The translations under genes were made by a program, and so were the position numbers. This document shows positions 1 to 12,182 of a stretch of DNA of 64,000 nt, piece after piece (within the stretch, counting starts at the first letter, position 1; every line of letters begins with the position of its first letter). The notes under the pieces were generated by a model, which was given only the letters and a program-made list of their open reading frames with translations, had not been told where the DNA came from and searched no databases. The stretch spans positions 52,545,811 to 52,609,810 of the forward strand of contig NC_068992.1 of assembly GCF_001194135.2 (NCBI RefSeq). The letters run 5' to 3'. Origin of the DNA: Octopus bimaculoides. Taxonomy: Eukaryota.

Positions 1-350
1 TCAAGAAGGGAGTTTCTAAATATTAAAAAATATATTCTGTATGAGGGTAATTATGGTTTCCTTTATACTGCTGTAAGAAACTCATTATGAAAGTTGTGAA
101 TGTCATTGCATAAGGATTTAATATTGATCAGATTGTCATACACCATCTTCCAATAATCAGACAAGAGCTCAGATCCAATGGTGACATAAACAAATTATTA
201 AGAAGATTTGACATGGCTTGTTTTACCCACAGCTTCTCAACAGTTTATAAAGAGGATATCAACATTTATTTATTTCTACAAATATTATGGACATCTAGAT
301 GGATTTCCGTTTCCTGTTCCACATTTTTAGGAAAAAAAATTAAATTTTAG

Positions 351-745
351 GTGCAGGAATAGCTGTGTGGTAAGAAGTTTGCTTCCCAACCACATGATTC
401 CAGGTTCTGTCCTACTGAATGGTACCTTGGGCAAGTGTCTTCTACTATAGCCTCGGGCTGACCAAAGCCTTGTGAGTGGATTTGGTAGACAGAAACTGAA
501 AGAAGCCTGTCGTATATATAAATGTATATATTGTGTGTGTGTCTGTGTTTGTCCCCCACCATCATTTGACAACTGATGTTGGTGTATTTACATCCCTGTA
601 ACTTAGCCGTTCAGCAAAACAGACCATTATAATAAGGACTAGGCTTACAAAGAATAAGTCCTGGGGTCGAGTTCTTTGACTAAAGGCTGTGCTCCAGCAT
701 GACTGCAGTCAAATGACCAAAACAAGCAAAAAGAATAGAAAATTA
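351..745 (+). mobile_element. tRNA-derived SINE, family A (internal (TA)n(TG)n microsatellite), full length
   Basis: A-box-like TAGCTGTGTGG and B-box-like GGTTCTGTCC in the head; conserved body ...GGCAAGTGTCTTCTACTATAGCC...GAAACTGAAAGAAGCC; 3' part ...GCTCCAGCATG...GAAACAAG. Repeated more than 15 times in the window. Confidence 0.9.
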
Positions 746-861
746 AATAATGTAAAAAAAACTCTTGCTGCTTATCTTCCAAGCCTTGCTTTCAGCTTGG
801 ATGATACAGCAAGTACTAACTTGTACATATGTACATATCCACATATACAAACACTTACACA

Positions 862-1337
862 CATAACAGGTAGTCACAAAGAAAAACATATCCTTATTCC
901 AAAATTTCCTCCCATACCTACAGATGTTTCATTTGAATTTAAGAGGCTTCAGTTTCCAGTCAAACTAAGTTTTGGTATTTCAATTTCAATTAACAAATCT
1001 CAGGGCCAATTCCTCAAGGTAGTTGGACCTCATCTCTCTGCTACATGTTTCTCCCTCAGCCAACACTATGTTGGTCGCTCATGAGTTGGAAGCAGCTACA
1101 ATTTATTCATTTGAACACCAACAAAAAATTTAAACAGTGAATATTGTTTACCCTGAGGTGCTTCAAGATCGACAGCTTTTCAGTTCTAAATTCTATTATC
1201 ATTTCAATTTGAATATTTTTTAATAAAATATTGATATTTTGAAATAACTATAAGAAAAAAATACATCTTCATATTTATTGTTTACTAATCTGAATAAGAA
1301 TAGCAGTAACCAAGGCAACGCCAGGTAATTCAGCTAG
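862..1337 (+). mobile_element. Helitron 3' end: Pif1-like helicase C-terminal remnant plus terminal hairpin and CTAG
   Basis: Translation ILIPKFPPIPTDVSFEFKRLQFPVKLSFGISISINKSQGQ...CFSLSQHYVGRS matches Helitron helicase motifs V/VI, followed by NIVYPEVLQ (~1140-1166). 3' terminus ACCAAGGCAACGCCAGGT hairpin, then CTAG (1334-1337) followed by T. Frameshifts/stops present. Confidence 0.9.
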
Positions 1338-1365
1338 TATACTAAATAACAATTGTTTTTAACAT

Positions 1366-1565
1366 AAGCCTATGGCCAGCAATCTTGAGAGATGTTATTC
1401 AATGTCTATGACTCCATTACTTGATTGGTATTTCATTTTATAGGCTCAAAATGATAAACAACAAATTTGAATTTGGTGAAATTTGAACTCAGTATGTAAA
1501 GAGCAGGTAGAAACAGTGTACGACATTTTTCTGGAACTTTAAGGATTCTACCAGCTTGCCACACT
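1366..1565 (-). mobile_element. tRNA-derived SINE family D, degenerate copy
   Basis: Matches family D core (GAATTTGAACTCAG; tRNA-like head on minus strand) with CpGs decayed to TpG/CpA. Confidence 0.65.
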
Positions 1566-2996
1566 AAAAAAAAAGTTTCACATTTAGGCACAAAGCCAGC
1601 AATCATAAGTATTAGTCAAGATTATGATGAAATACAGTGGGCCAAACTACTACAACAAGAAGCTTAATATTGATTTCATATTTTTGGCACAAAGCCAGAA
1701 ATATTGGAGGAAGTAGTAAGTTGACCACATGGACACCAGTGCTCCACTGGTGCTTATTTTACTGACCCCAAAAGAATGAAAGGTGAAGTCAACCTCAGTG
1801 GAATTTGAACTCAGTAATACACGTGTTTTCTGTTGAGGGCTTATATGCCCCACTGGTCGACTATTTTCTATAGCCAATATGCATTGAATGCTAACATGCT
1901 TAAGCTTATAATTATTATTTACAGAATATATATATATACATAGAATTGTTTTAAAATCCATGAGTCAGAATAAAAGGAATTCACATATTGCTTAAAAGAG
2001 ATAGAGTGGGTGTAATATTATTAATAAGATATCATATTCTCATCTCAACTACTTTATCAATTAATTTTGCACCAGGTTTTAATCAGAAAAGGCTTAAATG
2101 AATAGGTTTAAAGGAACAGTATGGCACGGATTGCTTTTATACTTTTCTGATGATTACTAGGGTTATCTCAACTCCTGGTATGAAACTGATTTCTGAAGTG
2201 GCTAATATGAGAATATAATGCATTTTAAATATCAAACACACTCACTCACATATACATGTACTAACACATGCACACAAACACACATATATATATGAAATCA
2301 ACAAGAAAAAACATTAGGGAAATCAATTTGAAATCTATTGTTGTGTGAATCTGTAACTAAAAGTATAAGATTTATGGTTTACAAAGAATTTATTTAATGC
2401 CAAATTTAAAGATTCAGATGATGATAAATAACTAAAATGATTTTTTAAAGAAATTTTAATATTACTTTGTGGTTTTATTATGTTGGCAATGTTTTAATTT
2501 GATATAAATTAAGGTTGGCCAACATAATGAAAATTTTCATATGCAATCAATCATACACACAGGCAAACACATGGAAATAGAGCTAACCACATATACAGAG
2601 AGATATATAGAATTATTTCCACTCATATACAAAAGTGTCTATGGATATACTGAATGGTAAAAGGTTATAGCATTATAAGCAACATTAAAAGATGTAGATT
2701 TAGAATCAATAATCTATGATGTAAAAAATATCAGTGATTCACTTGGTGGGTATGGAACTATATGTCGTTAGGTTATATATAAACATATGTACATATATAT
2801 ACAAATGCGTGAGAGTGTATATATATATATATACATATATATATATAAATATAAACACGCATACACATATATATACACATGATACACACATATATATATA
2901 GACATATATATATGTATATGTACATATATGTGTGTATGAATATATTTACATATATATATATGCATGTATATATATATATATATGTGTGTGTGTACC

Positions 2997-3160
2997 TACC
3001 ACACTCTCGGAGTGGTTGGCGTTAGGATGGGCATTCAGCTGTAGAAACTCTGCCAAATCAGATTGGAGCCTGGTGTAGCCATCTGGTTCACCAGTCTTCA
3101 GTCAAATCGTCCAACCCATGCTAGCATGGAAAGCGGACGTTAAATGATGATGATGATGAT
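2997..3160 (+). mobile_element. Family C repeat (RTE-LINE-type 3' UTR/tail ending in (GAT)n)
   Basis: GTGGTTGGCGTTAGG...CCAACCCATGCTAGCATGGAAAGCGGACGTTAAA(TGA)n; the same module recurs at 14835, 20630, 29690 and 32230. Confidence 0.8.
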
Positions 3161-3430
3161 GTATGTACTGTCTAAGAATCCATAAGTCAAAAACAATATG
3201 CACTCATATAATTGTCAATAGAATGGGTATATTAAACAAAGTGTACAGTATTCATATATATTCATTATGGCCGATTTTACCATTCAGTTTTGCATTAGGG
3301 GTTCAGTAGGGTTTTAGATAACAACCCACTCGAGGTTACATAATTGGGCCTCTAGTGCAAAACTGATTGGGACTAAATTGGCTGTAATGGATGTAGGCAG
3401 TGACAGAGTGAATTTTTAAAACTTATATAT

Positions 3431-3572
3431 CTAATGTCCTTGTAATCTTTTGTGGCTGTGTGCTTTTACTTCCTTAATTATTGGTTCATGTACTTTATTC
3501 ATCTCTGCACTTGGTCTGCTTATGAGGTTGTTATGTCCCAGCATATGAGCTGCTTCTTTAAGCTTAGCATAG
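3431..3572 (-). CDS. Candidate terminal coding exon of an unidentified minus-strand gene
   Basis: Acceptor ccaatttctgtattag| then open frame YAKLKEAAHMLGHNNLISRPSAEMNKVHEPIIKEVKAHSHKRLQGH*; phase-compatible with candidate exon 7278-7377. No recognised homology. Confidence 0.35.
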
Positions 3573-3990
3573 CTAATACAGAAATTGGTTACAGCAGTGT
3601 AGTCAGTCCCTAGAGATCGTGAGTTCAATCACAGGCAAGGCACTGAGGTGATTCACAAAAAATCAACTGAAGCAAAAAATGTCATGAAACGCAGAGAGCA
3701 GAATGAGAATAGTGTGCCCCTGTGGATCAAATAAGGCATTACATTCATAATTTTGATACAGCAAATCAATACAAGTTCAATACAAGACTCCTGGAGCATA
3801 CAACAGCCAAAATGTAGTGAAAGCAACACTCAAGATGAGGACACTAGTTTGACTAATATAAACAGTACACATAATACAAATTCCTTATCTCACAAATATA
3901 GAATTTTATAGCTGGGAGAGAATCCAATGAATTCTTTATATACGACTAATTATGTAAATAAACGTTTATAAGGAAGGAAAATTAAAGATG

Positions 3991-4138
3991 GGGAGTGGCT
4001 GTGTGGTAAGTAGCTTGCTTACAAACCACATGGTTCCGGGTTCAGCCCCACTGCGTGGCACCTTGGGCAAGTGTCTTCTACTATAGCCTTGGGCCGACCA
4101 AAGCCGTGTGGGTGGATTTGGTAGACGGAAACTGAAAG
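3991..4138 (+). mobile_element. SINE family A, 5' half
   Basis: GGAGTGGCTGTGTGGTAAGTAGC...GACGGAAACTGAAAG near-consensus; 3' half absent. Confidence 0.9.
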
Positions 4139-4570
4139 CTAGATTCCCTTGTTCGAAAATATAAGGTCACAAATCATGTTGTATAGCCAGCTGGAGACGA
4201 TGTCGCCTAGGGCTAAACTACAGCAACATTCGTCCTAAACCAGGACTGCCATGTTATGTTGGCAAAAATCTTTACTCCAGAGTACTGTTGCTGAATATCT
4301 CAAATTGTGAGATTTAAAAATAATAATTTTTGGATGAAATACTGCTAAGCATTTCAGCCAATGTGCTAATGATTCTTTTTACTCATCACCTTTTTGGACC
4401 CCAGCAGAATTTGTGCCAGTTCCCTGCCTTAGGTAGATATAAATATTGTTAATTGTAACATATATCAGAATTCTATACAATTAACTGAAGAAAATAAGTA
4501 AAGGATTTAGTTCAGTAAAAGATGGTTAACTGAAGAACATTGATATTGTTTTTGAGAATCGATGAACTAT

Positions 4571-4749
4571 TTAAAGAGAACCAAGAGAGAAACAAGCACG
4601 GCTAATTTGATACGTGATGTGAATAAAGAAATTTTCTTCACAAATTTCTCGAAAATCTATTTAGAAAATTAGTGAAGTGTCAACCAATCTTTAAGAAAGA
4701 AGAATATTTGTACAGTTACAATTAAGACTTACTCATGTTTTGTAGAAAA
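4571..4749 (-). CDS. Candidate two small exons (4733-4749 and 4571/4614-4656) separated by a 76-nt intron
   Basis: Intron 4657-4732 reads GTAAGT...CTAAT-polypyrimidine-TAG. Spliced frame FLQNM-N-FREICEENFFIHITYQISRACFSLGSL*. CpGs are retained in Arg/Thr codons inside a CpG-depleted region. Confidence 0.3.
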
Positions 4750-4834
4750 CTGTGTCTTGTGGCAGATTAGAAGGATGATAAGCATGATATACATGTGTGT
4801 GCATGTGTGTATGTTATATATTATATATATGTGT

Positions 4835-4898
<64 letters not shown>

Positions 4899-5230
4899 AG
4901 TGTGTGTGTGTGCATATGTTTTATATTATAATATAGTTGATGTTGACTACACTTCTATAAATTCAAATTTCTGCCTGAGGAGCAATCAGCAGATGCTATG
5001 TCAATAAAGAAATAAATTATGGATACACATATAAATACACACACCCAAACAAATACATCCTTTCACTTGGTTCAGACATTTGATTGCTGTCATGCATATA
5101 TATGTTTCAATACATATGTCTTTATTATTATTTAGCAGAAGCTACAGAGTGACTCAAAGTCCTAAAGTTCCATGTGTTGGCACTTACCAAATATCGATAA
5201 GTGCCAATGCACAAAACACTTGGAACCAGA

Positions 5231-5335
5231 TAAAATAATAATAAATAAATGGTAAATAAAATAATAATAAATAAATGGTAAATAAAATAATAATAAATAA
5301 ATGGTAAATAAAATAATAATAAATAAAATGCTAAA
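5231..5335. repeat. 26-bp AT-rich minisatellite, ~4 copies
   Basis: Unit TAAATAAAATAATAATAAATAAATGG repeated in tandem. Confidence 0.85.
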
Positions 5336-5404
5336 TAATAATAAAAATATACATATACTCATATTTTGAGTTGTATTTTTCATATTTGCATCATATTACC
5401 TATA

Positions 5405-5615
5405 TATAGAGATGCAGTATGGAATTTTGTCAGTGATCAGGTCATGGTCTCAAAGAGACAAAATTATTTTGGCAAATTAAATTTAAATGTTGAAGTGAAT
5501 ATAATGGCTTTTGTGTGTTTTTAAATGGCTTATAAACACCTTCCATGCTGCAATAGTTTTTGTTTCAACACATGATCTCAGATCAGGTCACTTGCTATGC
5601 AAGTACATCCCTGTA

Positions 5616-5617
<2 letters not shown>
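5405..5617. mobile_element. Probable terminus of a TA-targeting DNA transposon/MITE
   Basis: Non-repetitive segment ending ...GCAAGTACATCCCTG|TA (CAGGG-type Tc1/mariner terminus plus TA); no partner end seen. Confidence 0.4.
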
Positions 5618-5660
<43 letters not shown>

Positions 5661-5662
<2 letters not shown>

Positions 5663-6530
5663 TGAAAATAACACTGACATCTCATTTTAACAGATATTTA
5701 CCAAAATTGTATAAAAATATCTTGTAACACTAAAGAGTAAATTTATTTAATAAAATCGCTATTGGCTTCAACTTCTCCTGCAACCCCTGTTTAAGTTGGT
5801 GAATGCTGCCATAATCCTTGCCATCAGTTCATCTTTGATGTTTTGATGTTATAAGGAGTTTTGTTGGTCTCTTGCTCAGCTGCGCTCCACACATAATAAT
5901 CAAGGGGTTTGCAGGTTGGAGAGTTAAGTGGCCAGGTGTTAGGGGTGATGTGGTCACAGAAATTGTCTGACAGCCATGACTGGGTTCTCCTGCTTTTGTG
6001 GCATGGTGCAGAATCCTGTTGTCAGACACAGGCTCTTCCAGTAGCAACCATCTNNNNNNNNNNATCCTGTTGTCAGACACAGGCTCTTCCAGTAGCAACC
6101 ATCTTGACCCAGTACAGCATCACCCACTACAGTCACTTGATGTAGGCCTCCATGTTGAGTCTGAGGTCATGTGGGAAGATGAATGGAGGTATAACGCCAC
6201 CATCACTAGTGATCACTTCAAACACCATGATGTTGACTGGATGTTTGATTTTTCTCTCTCAATATATGTCTTCAGATTACACTGTCCTCAGATCGACACC
6301 CAAACATTCTGAAATGTTCATATTGGAGCTTCGGATGCGTATGCCAAGCAGTACCACATGTTTTTTTCAATATTTCTGACAAAGCCAACTGTGTCATGGT
6401 GTTGTTTTTCTCACAGACAGTGCCCAACTCACCCTACTATACTGTGTAGTCGACAAAATCAAAAACATATAATGCACATGTGCAAAATTAAAAATATAAG
6501 ATGACGACAATTTACCCATCACACCCTGTA
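5661..6530 (-). mobile_element. Tc1/mariner DD37D (maT) transposon, internally deleted remnant
   Basis: Minus strand KHPVNIMVFEVITSDG...QQDSAPCHKSRRTQSWLSDNFCDHITPNTWPLNSPTCKPLDYYVW: 37 residues between the 2nd and 3rd Asp. N-terminal HTH piece fused directly to the catalytic part. 5' end TA|CAGGGTGTGATGGGTAAATTGTCGTC at 6530-6503. In-frame stops. Confidence 0.9.
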
Positions 6531-7019
6531 CATATTTATGTGTTCAAATGTGTACATGTGTGTGGTTGTGTGTGTGGGTATGTTTTGTGTGGTGTGTGTG
6601 TGTGGGTATGTTTTGTGTGGTGTGTGTGTGTTAGTGATTTGTGATAAGACACATAAAGCTAGTATGATGTGAATGAATATTGCTTTGGGTTCTCTTGACA
6701 AGTATGCGCATTTGTTCAAAATCTGTACATAATATACAAGATCTATTTATCTTTTAAATGTACAGAATTCTTTGTATAATATTTTAATTCTAATATAGTC
6801 ATATTTTCAGAATTCAATGAACACATCAATCATGGAATCTCTACGTTTTTTACTGTTACTGTTAAATATTTTGAAGGTTAGAGTGTTCTATGTAAAGATG
6901 TTTGCCTCCAAACCACATATGTGGTATCTTAGGTGTCTTGCACTATAGCCCCTGGGCCAACCAAGGCCTTGTGAATGGATTGGGTTGACAGAAATTGAAA
7001 GAAAGATTGCTGTGTATGC

Positions 7020-7107
7020 ACACGCGCACACACACACACACACACACACATTTACACACATATATATATATAGATAGATAGATATAGATATATGCATATA
7101 TATATAC

Positions 7108-7174
<67 letters not shown>

Positions 7175-7275
7175 GAGAGAGAGAGAGCGAGAGAAAGAGA
7201 GAGATACATACACATATACATGCATATGCACACACACACTTATATAGACACATGTATATTTACACACACACACAT
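7020..7275. repeat. Compound microsatellite (CA)n/(TA)n/(GA)n
   Basis: Direct inspection; source of several spurious ORFs. Confidence 0.95.
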
Positions 7276-7277
7276 AC

Positions 7278-7377
7278 TAATAGCCAAAGAGAACATTGTT
7301 ATGCATGTAAATGTGACCTCCAGTACTCTGTGTAACTTCCTCATCACTATTGTACTTTCCTCTCCGTTTCTCTTCAA
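7278..7377 (-). CDS. Candidate 100-nt internal exon
   Basis: cttaaatag| ... |gtatgt; purine-rich. Two frames open: [32 protein letters not shown] or [33 protein letters not shown]. No recognised homology. Confidence 0.4.
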
Positions 7378-7859
7378 CTATTTAAGTGAGTTGAAATCTG
7401 CCAAATGAGAAATTGAACTTATGAACTCTATCATATGACTGTCTATATATGCTTTTGTTAATAAATGTGTTCAATCTTAAAATATGGCAGGAGTATAATA
7501 TACATGAAACCAGAATTATTTTCCAAACATCACAAGAGGTCATAAATTATACAAAATGTCTTCCATTCAAATCTGAATATTTACCATTCTAGGTTTCAAC
7601 ACAGTTTCGTTTGTTACTGATGTTGGATAAACCTTTTGCTATTGTTGGATAAAACTTTTAGTATCGTTGGATAAATATTTTTCCTCGTTTCGTTACGAAA
7701 TAATAATACACATTATAATGACAGCTATGCTAGCTTAGATACGTTAAATCTATAAAATGACACTAAATCGATTCTGATCATTTCTTCTGTTAATCTTCAC
7801 CTTTTTAGGTCATTGCTGACCAGCCATTTCTAAATATTTGCTTTGCAATCTCTATTCTG

Positions 7860-7975
7860 GCTACTATTCCACCTGCTCATAACAGCAAAGCAGAATCCCC
7901 TACAGGGCTGCCTGATCTGCTAAATAAAACAACCAAATTTTCCTCAATTTAACCCTAACTGTCTTTATCAGGGTT
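7860..7975 (+). repeat. Dispersed repeat family F (CTGCTAGAAATAGCAGCCAAATCTCCCTC-like), degenerate
   Basis: Related segments at ~9130-9290(-), 10190-10380(-), 17220-17330, 21480-21610, 35570-35720 and 36030-36140. Confidence 0.55.
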
Positions 7976-8166
7976 AATCAAGGGCTGAACAACAGTAACA
8001 CTTTCTCACAAGTCTGTGAGAGAGCCTTGATAGGGTAAGTTAACTTACTAGAAATAACAGTCAGATTTCACTCAGTTTATATGCCACTATCATAAAAAAG
8101 GAAGAGCAAATTGCACACAGTAGTTTTAGGTACATGTTTGATAATTGGTGATCAATGAAGGGTATG

Positions 8167-8312
8167 TTTCCGTCTACCAAATCTACTCACAAGGCTTTGG
8201 TGGGCCCGAAGTTATTGTAGAAGACACTTGCCTAAGGTGCCATGCAGTGGGAATCAACCCAGAACCATGTGGTTGGTAAGCATCCTACTTGCCACACAGC
8301 CACTCCTGTGCC
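8167..8312 (-). mobile_element. SINE family A, 5' half
   Basis: Reverse complement of family A head and body. Confidence 0.85.
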
Positions 8313-8988
8313 TTAGTAATATTTTCTTAACTAGGAACAAGATAAGCAATTTTAAGGGGAGGGGTTAGTTGAAACCATCAAACTTATTTGTCTGGTACTT
8401 TATTTTATCAACCCTGAAGGTACAAGAGCAAAGTTGTCTTTGGTGCTATTTGTAATCAAAATGTAAAGAGCTGGAATGCCTAGCACAAAGCAATTTGTCC
8501 AACACTCCAATGATTTTGTTCACCATGTTAATGTATGTATAAATAATACATCACTTCTCATGATCCCTAGTGGCATTTTCCCCATTGTAAGTGGTCAACT
8601 TCATGTTATGTCACAGTCTGATTTGTAAATATAAATCTTTTATGGATGCTTCTTGGAATCAGGAATGCTAGGAATGAGTCACGTGCCTGAGAAGGAATAT
8701 AAATCAAATCTTTGGCTCTGATTCTCAAGAATTTGCTCTTGTGATATAAGCACATGCCAAAATAGTAAGTTAAACTAGGGTGCCTGTATGCTTTCACTTG
8801 ATCAGTAAGATAGTAGCTAAATTGCCCTTAATCATATGCTACTATCTTAAAAACAAAGCATATACTTTAACTGATGTAGTCATAGACATGATACACCTGA
8901 AAATAATAAATGTGGAAGCACATCAAGTGTCACCACTTGATATGCTGAACATAGCAGCTACATTTCCCTTATAGCACAAACTACTAAC

Positions 8989-9032
8989 CCCAGGAAAGAA
9001 GAAGAATGCATTGAAATAATGCTGTCCAATGA
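8989..9032 (-). CDS. Candidate 44-nt internal exon
   Basis: Long polypyrimidine acceptor tttttctttttattctttcactcattccag| and donor GGG|GTTAGT; all three frames open (e.g. IGQHYFNAFFFFPG). Confidence 0.4.
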
Positions 9033-9380
9033 CTGGAATGAGTGAAAGAATAAAAAGAAAAAGTGCTATATTATGTTGTTTATTTTAGTTACTTATCTTA
9101 GATCAATCATCTTTGAGCAGCTCAGTGATAAAAGTCGTTCCAATTATGACCATCCTGTTTATATATATATATTTTTTTTTTCGATACAGTTCTTCTAAGG
9201 CTATCTGGTTAAATGTGACAACACCTTTTCTAAGATAGTAGGTTGTAATATAAGGAATATATAACTGCTATTTCTAATAGGAATAACTTTGTACTGATTT
9301 CTTCAGTTGTCTGAATCACTGTGTAGTAATTAAAATATACGAAAATTATTCTATTTACAAATCATTTGGATTAATCTTAC

Positions 9381-9506
9381 CATTTCTGAAAACTTTGTAT
9401 CCGGAATCGACTCATCAAATATTATTAATGAAATATTGAAATATATGGTTTTATGAAATTTCCCCTTATTACACTCCATTGACCTTATATTAATTAAGTT
9501 TTCCAA
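9381..9506 (-). CDS. Candidate 126-nt exon
   Basis: gttgttgcag| ... ATG|GTAAGA; one open frame LENLINIRSMECNKGKFHKTIYFNISLIIFDESIPDTKFSEM; very AT-rich, so may be chance. Confidence 0.2.
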
Positions 9507-10854
9507 CTGCAACAACCAACATTTATAAGTTTTCCCCTAAAGTCATTTAAATATCTAAATTCTTCTAAACGAAGTTAAAGTTTGTGTTTATCCTCATTTG
9601 AAATAAAACTAATGTATCTCCAGACATATTTGAATTGATGGTACATGGAACAGTTTTTTTTTTTTATCTTTTACTCACTCCACCTTCATTGTTCACCTTA
9701 ATTACCTTAATTACAAGATACAAACAATTGTTTTAAATTTAAATTGATAATTATATCGGAATCAAAGAAATCAATGAAACACATGAAATACAAAGCAAGT
9801 ACAAGAGAAATGAAATGCTTATGTTAATTAGCAATATTGTTTCTCTGGACAAAATGCAATCTTTTGTCAAACTCAGTCAGCAGCTAAATTCCAAACACAA
9901 TATTCTTTAATCTCTTCATTTTGGTTTCTCTTCAGAAATGGATATTCTTAGCTGTCTGCTGCCAACAATGAATTATAACAATATTGTGAATAGATTACCT
10001 GTAATTGAACTATTAGATTTAATACACACTGATTTTATTTCAAAATTACATAAGAGTTTGATTCTTATGGAAAGCAAACACACCATTACCAGCTTCTGTT
10101 GCACAAATAACAGAGCATTTCAAAAACGAGTGGCAAAATTTGGAGATGGTTGGGACGTGCTTTGTTGTTCTTGTTTAACTCAGATCTACTGTGATGTAGT
10201 AGACCTATGACCAAAAGAGCGTCAGATGTAACCATCCTGTCTTTTATGTAGACACGATATATCAAAACTACTGTAGCTCAATTGTGTTTCACGTTGTTGT
10301 TTTGATAGAATGTTGTAATACAAGGGAGATTTGGTTTGCTATTTCTAGCAGATTGATTAACCACAAAGAGGCTTTGATGTATTTTTTGATTTAGGATGCA
10401 GTTTATTAACATCATCAGCTAGCATATTAATTATATGCCATGATTAATTTCCTTGCATTACCTTCATTACATAATCCAGCAAGAGTCTTAGCTATTATGT
10501 TCATTGAACATTGATTCATTAATTCATTGAACATACAGCTATAAATATTAACGATGCAGGTTAATAAAATATTTGGCAGCTCAAACTTTAGTATGATCAT
10601 TGTCTACACTTGCCTCATTTCTAACTTGTGGAAAGCATAAGAAAAATTTATGGCAAACCAGCACACTAACTAACTGGTGACACACAAAATCCAGCTGAAA
10701 ATAAAAATTACAACTCAAAAACTTGGAGATCTCAGACAATACAGTGCTACATTAAAATGTCTATGTTTAATATTTCTGTCATTTCAAATAGATTCCATCC
10801 TTATGCCATGGTTTGTGATAATCCATTAGTTTTTAACTCTTTAGCATTTAATCT

Positions 10855-10901
10855 GGCGCAGGAGTGGCTCTGTGGTAAGTAGCTTGCTTACCAACCACAT
10901 G
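10855..10901 (+). mobile_element. SINE family A head, fused to SINE B segment
   Basis: GGCGCAGGAGTGGCTCTGTGGTAAGTAGCTTGCTTACCAACCACATG then switches to family B at CACATG. Confidence 0.85.
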
Positions 10902-11165
10902 TACCCTTAACATAGATCTCAGAGATATTCAGCGTGACACAGTGTGACAAGGCTGACCCTTTGAATTACAGACACAACAGAAACAGAAAGAAAGAGTGAG
11001 AGAAAGTTGTGGTGAAAGAGTACAGCAGGGTTCCCCTGTCAGAGCCTCGTAGAGCTTTAGGTGTTTTCGCTCACTAAACACTCACAACACCCGGTCTGGG
11101 AATCGAAACCGCGATCTTATGACCGCGAGTCTGCTGCCCTAACCACTGGGCCATTGCACCTCCAC
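10901..11165 (-). mobile_element. tRNA-derived SINE family B, head-containing half
   Basis: Minus strand GTGGAGGTGCAATGGCCCAGTGGTTAGGGCAGCAGACTCGCGG...GGTTTCGATTCCC head; ends at the ACACGTGT site of the family. Confidence 0.9.
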
Positions 11166-11429
11166 CCAAGAGTCTAGTACTCCATGATCAAACACAAAAC
11201 CACATGGTTAAAAAACAAATTTCTTTAAAACACTATCATACCTGCACCTCTAAATATAACTCTCAGGAAAGTTTTCACTTCTAAAGACTTTGTTAATATT
11301 TTGAAAAATTACATAATCTTCTTAATAGCAACTCATCTCAACGTTATTTAGACATTTCCTTAGTATAGCAATGAGTTCCCTAAATTCTTTAGATGATTTA
11401 CTAATATATATNNNNNNNNNNNNNNNNNN

Positions 11430-11468
<39 letters not shown>

Positions 11469-11770
11469 AGAACTCTACAGAAGAGATATATAGTATTCAG
11501 TAACTGTTTATCATTTTGTTTAAGAAGCAACAAAACAGGAGACAAGACGATGATGGAAAGGAATATAGAGTGTTGTTACAAAATAAGTTATAGATAAACC
11601 CATTGTGTATCAGTCTTAAGACACATTATCATAGTTAAAACTTATAATGAGTAAACTATGGTAAATCAATTGGTAAATCATTGGATATAAGAAATATCAT
11701 TGCAGCTAAAACCATGATTCGTTCATCTTTAAGACTTGTATTGTAAACCAGGTAATATTTCCATAGTTTT

Positions 11771-11980
11771 AAAGGCAGCAAGCTGGTAGGATCGTTAGCA
11801 AGCTGGACAAAAGGCTTAGTGGTATTTTATCTGTCTTTTTGCTTTGAGTCCAGCTGAGGTTGACTTTTCCTTTCACCCTTTCAGGATCGATAAAATAAGT
11901 ACCAGTTGAGTATCAGGGGTTGATGTAATTGACTTACTCCGCCTTTGAAATTTCCGGCCTTGTGCCAAAACTTCAAAACA
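11771..11980 (+). mobile_element. SINE family D, near full length
   Basis: GGCAGCAAGCTGGTAGGATCGTTAGC head; core CCTTTCACCCTTTCAGGATCGATAAAATAAGTACCAG; tail GGCCTTGTGCC. Confidence 0.8.
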
Positions 11981-12072
11981 ATCTTTCTGTAGTCTTGCAT
12001 TGATTCTGTTAGAGGAGATAACGAAACAATAATGATGGTAGGTTCTCTTTGATATCCAGTTTAATCATTATT

Positions 12073-12182
12073 TTGTTGTTGGCACTCCGTCGGTTACGAC
12101 GTCGAGGGTTCCAGTTGATCCAATCAACGGAACAGCCTGCTCGTGAAATTAAGGTGCAAGTGGCTGAGCACTCCACAGACAC
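12073..12182 (-). mobile_element. SINE family B, tail-containing half
   Basis: TTGTTGTTGGCACTCCGTCGGTTACGACGTCGAGGGTTCC...CTCCACAGACAC then switches to family A. Confidence 0.9.

Noticed and set aside
327-572. Recurring peptides such as ASFSFRLPNPLTRLWSARGYSRRHLPKV in many ORFs
   Set aside because: Antisense translation of the multicopy SINE family A, not a protein family.
3600-3910. Plus-strand protein-like frame (RDREFNHRQGTEVIHKK...* ...QPKCSESNTQDED...)
   Set aside because: Contains an in-frame stop, lacks convincing splice sites, and its start overlaps a degenerate tRNA-like SINE head.
6013-6103. 41-bp direct repeat flanking a 9-N gap
   Set aside because: Typical contig-overlap artefact.
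9936-10210. Plus-strand ORF with a good acceptor (EMDILSCLLPTMNYNNI...), and similar plus-strand candidates at ~25476 and ~25739
   Set aside because: I could not link them into a phase-consistent model and they conflict with the favoured minus-strand model; not excluded, RNA-seq needed.
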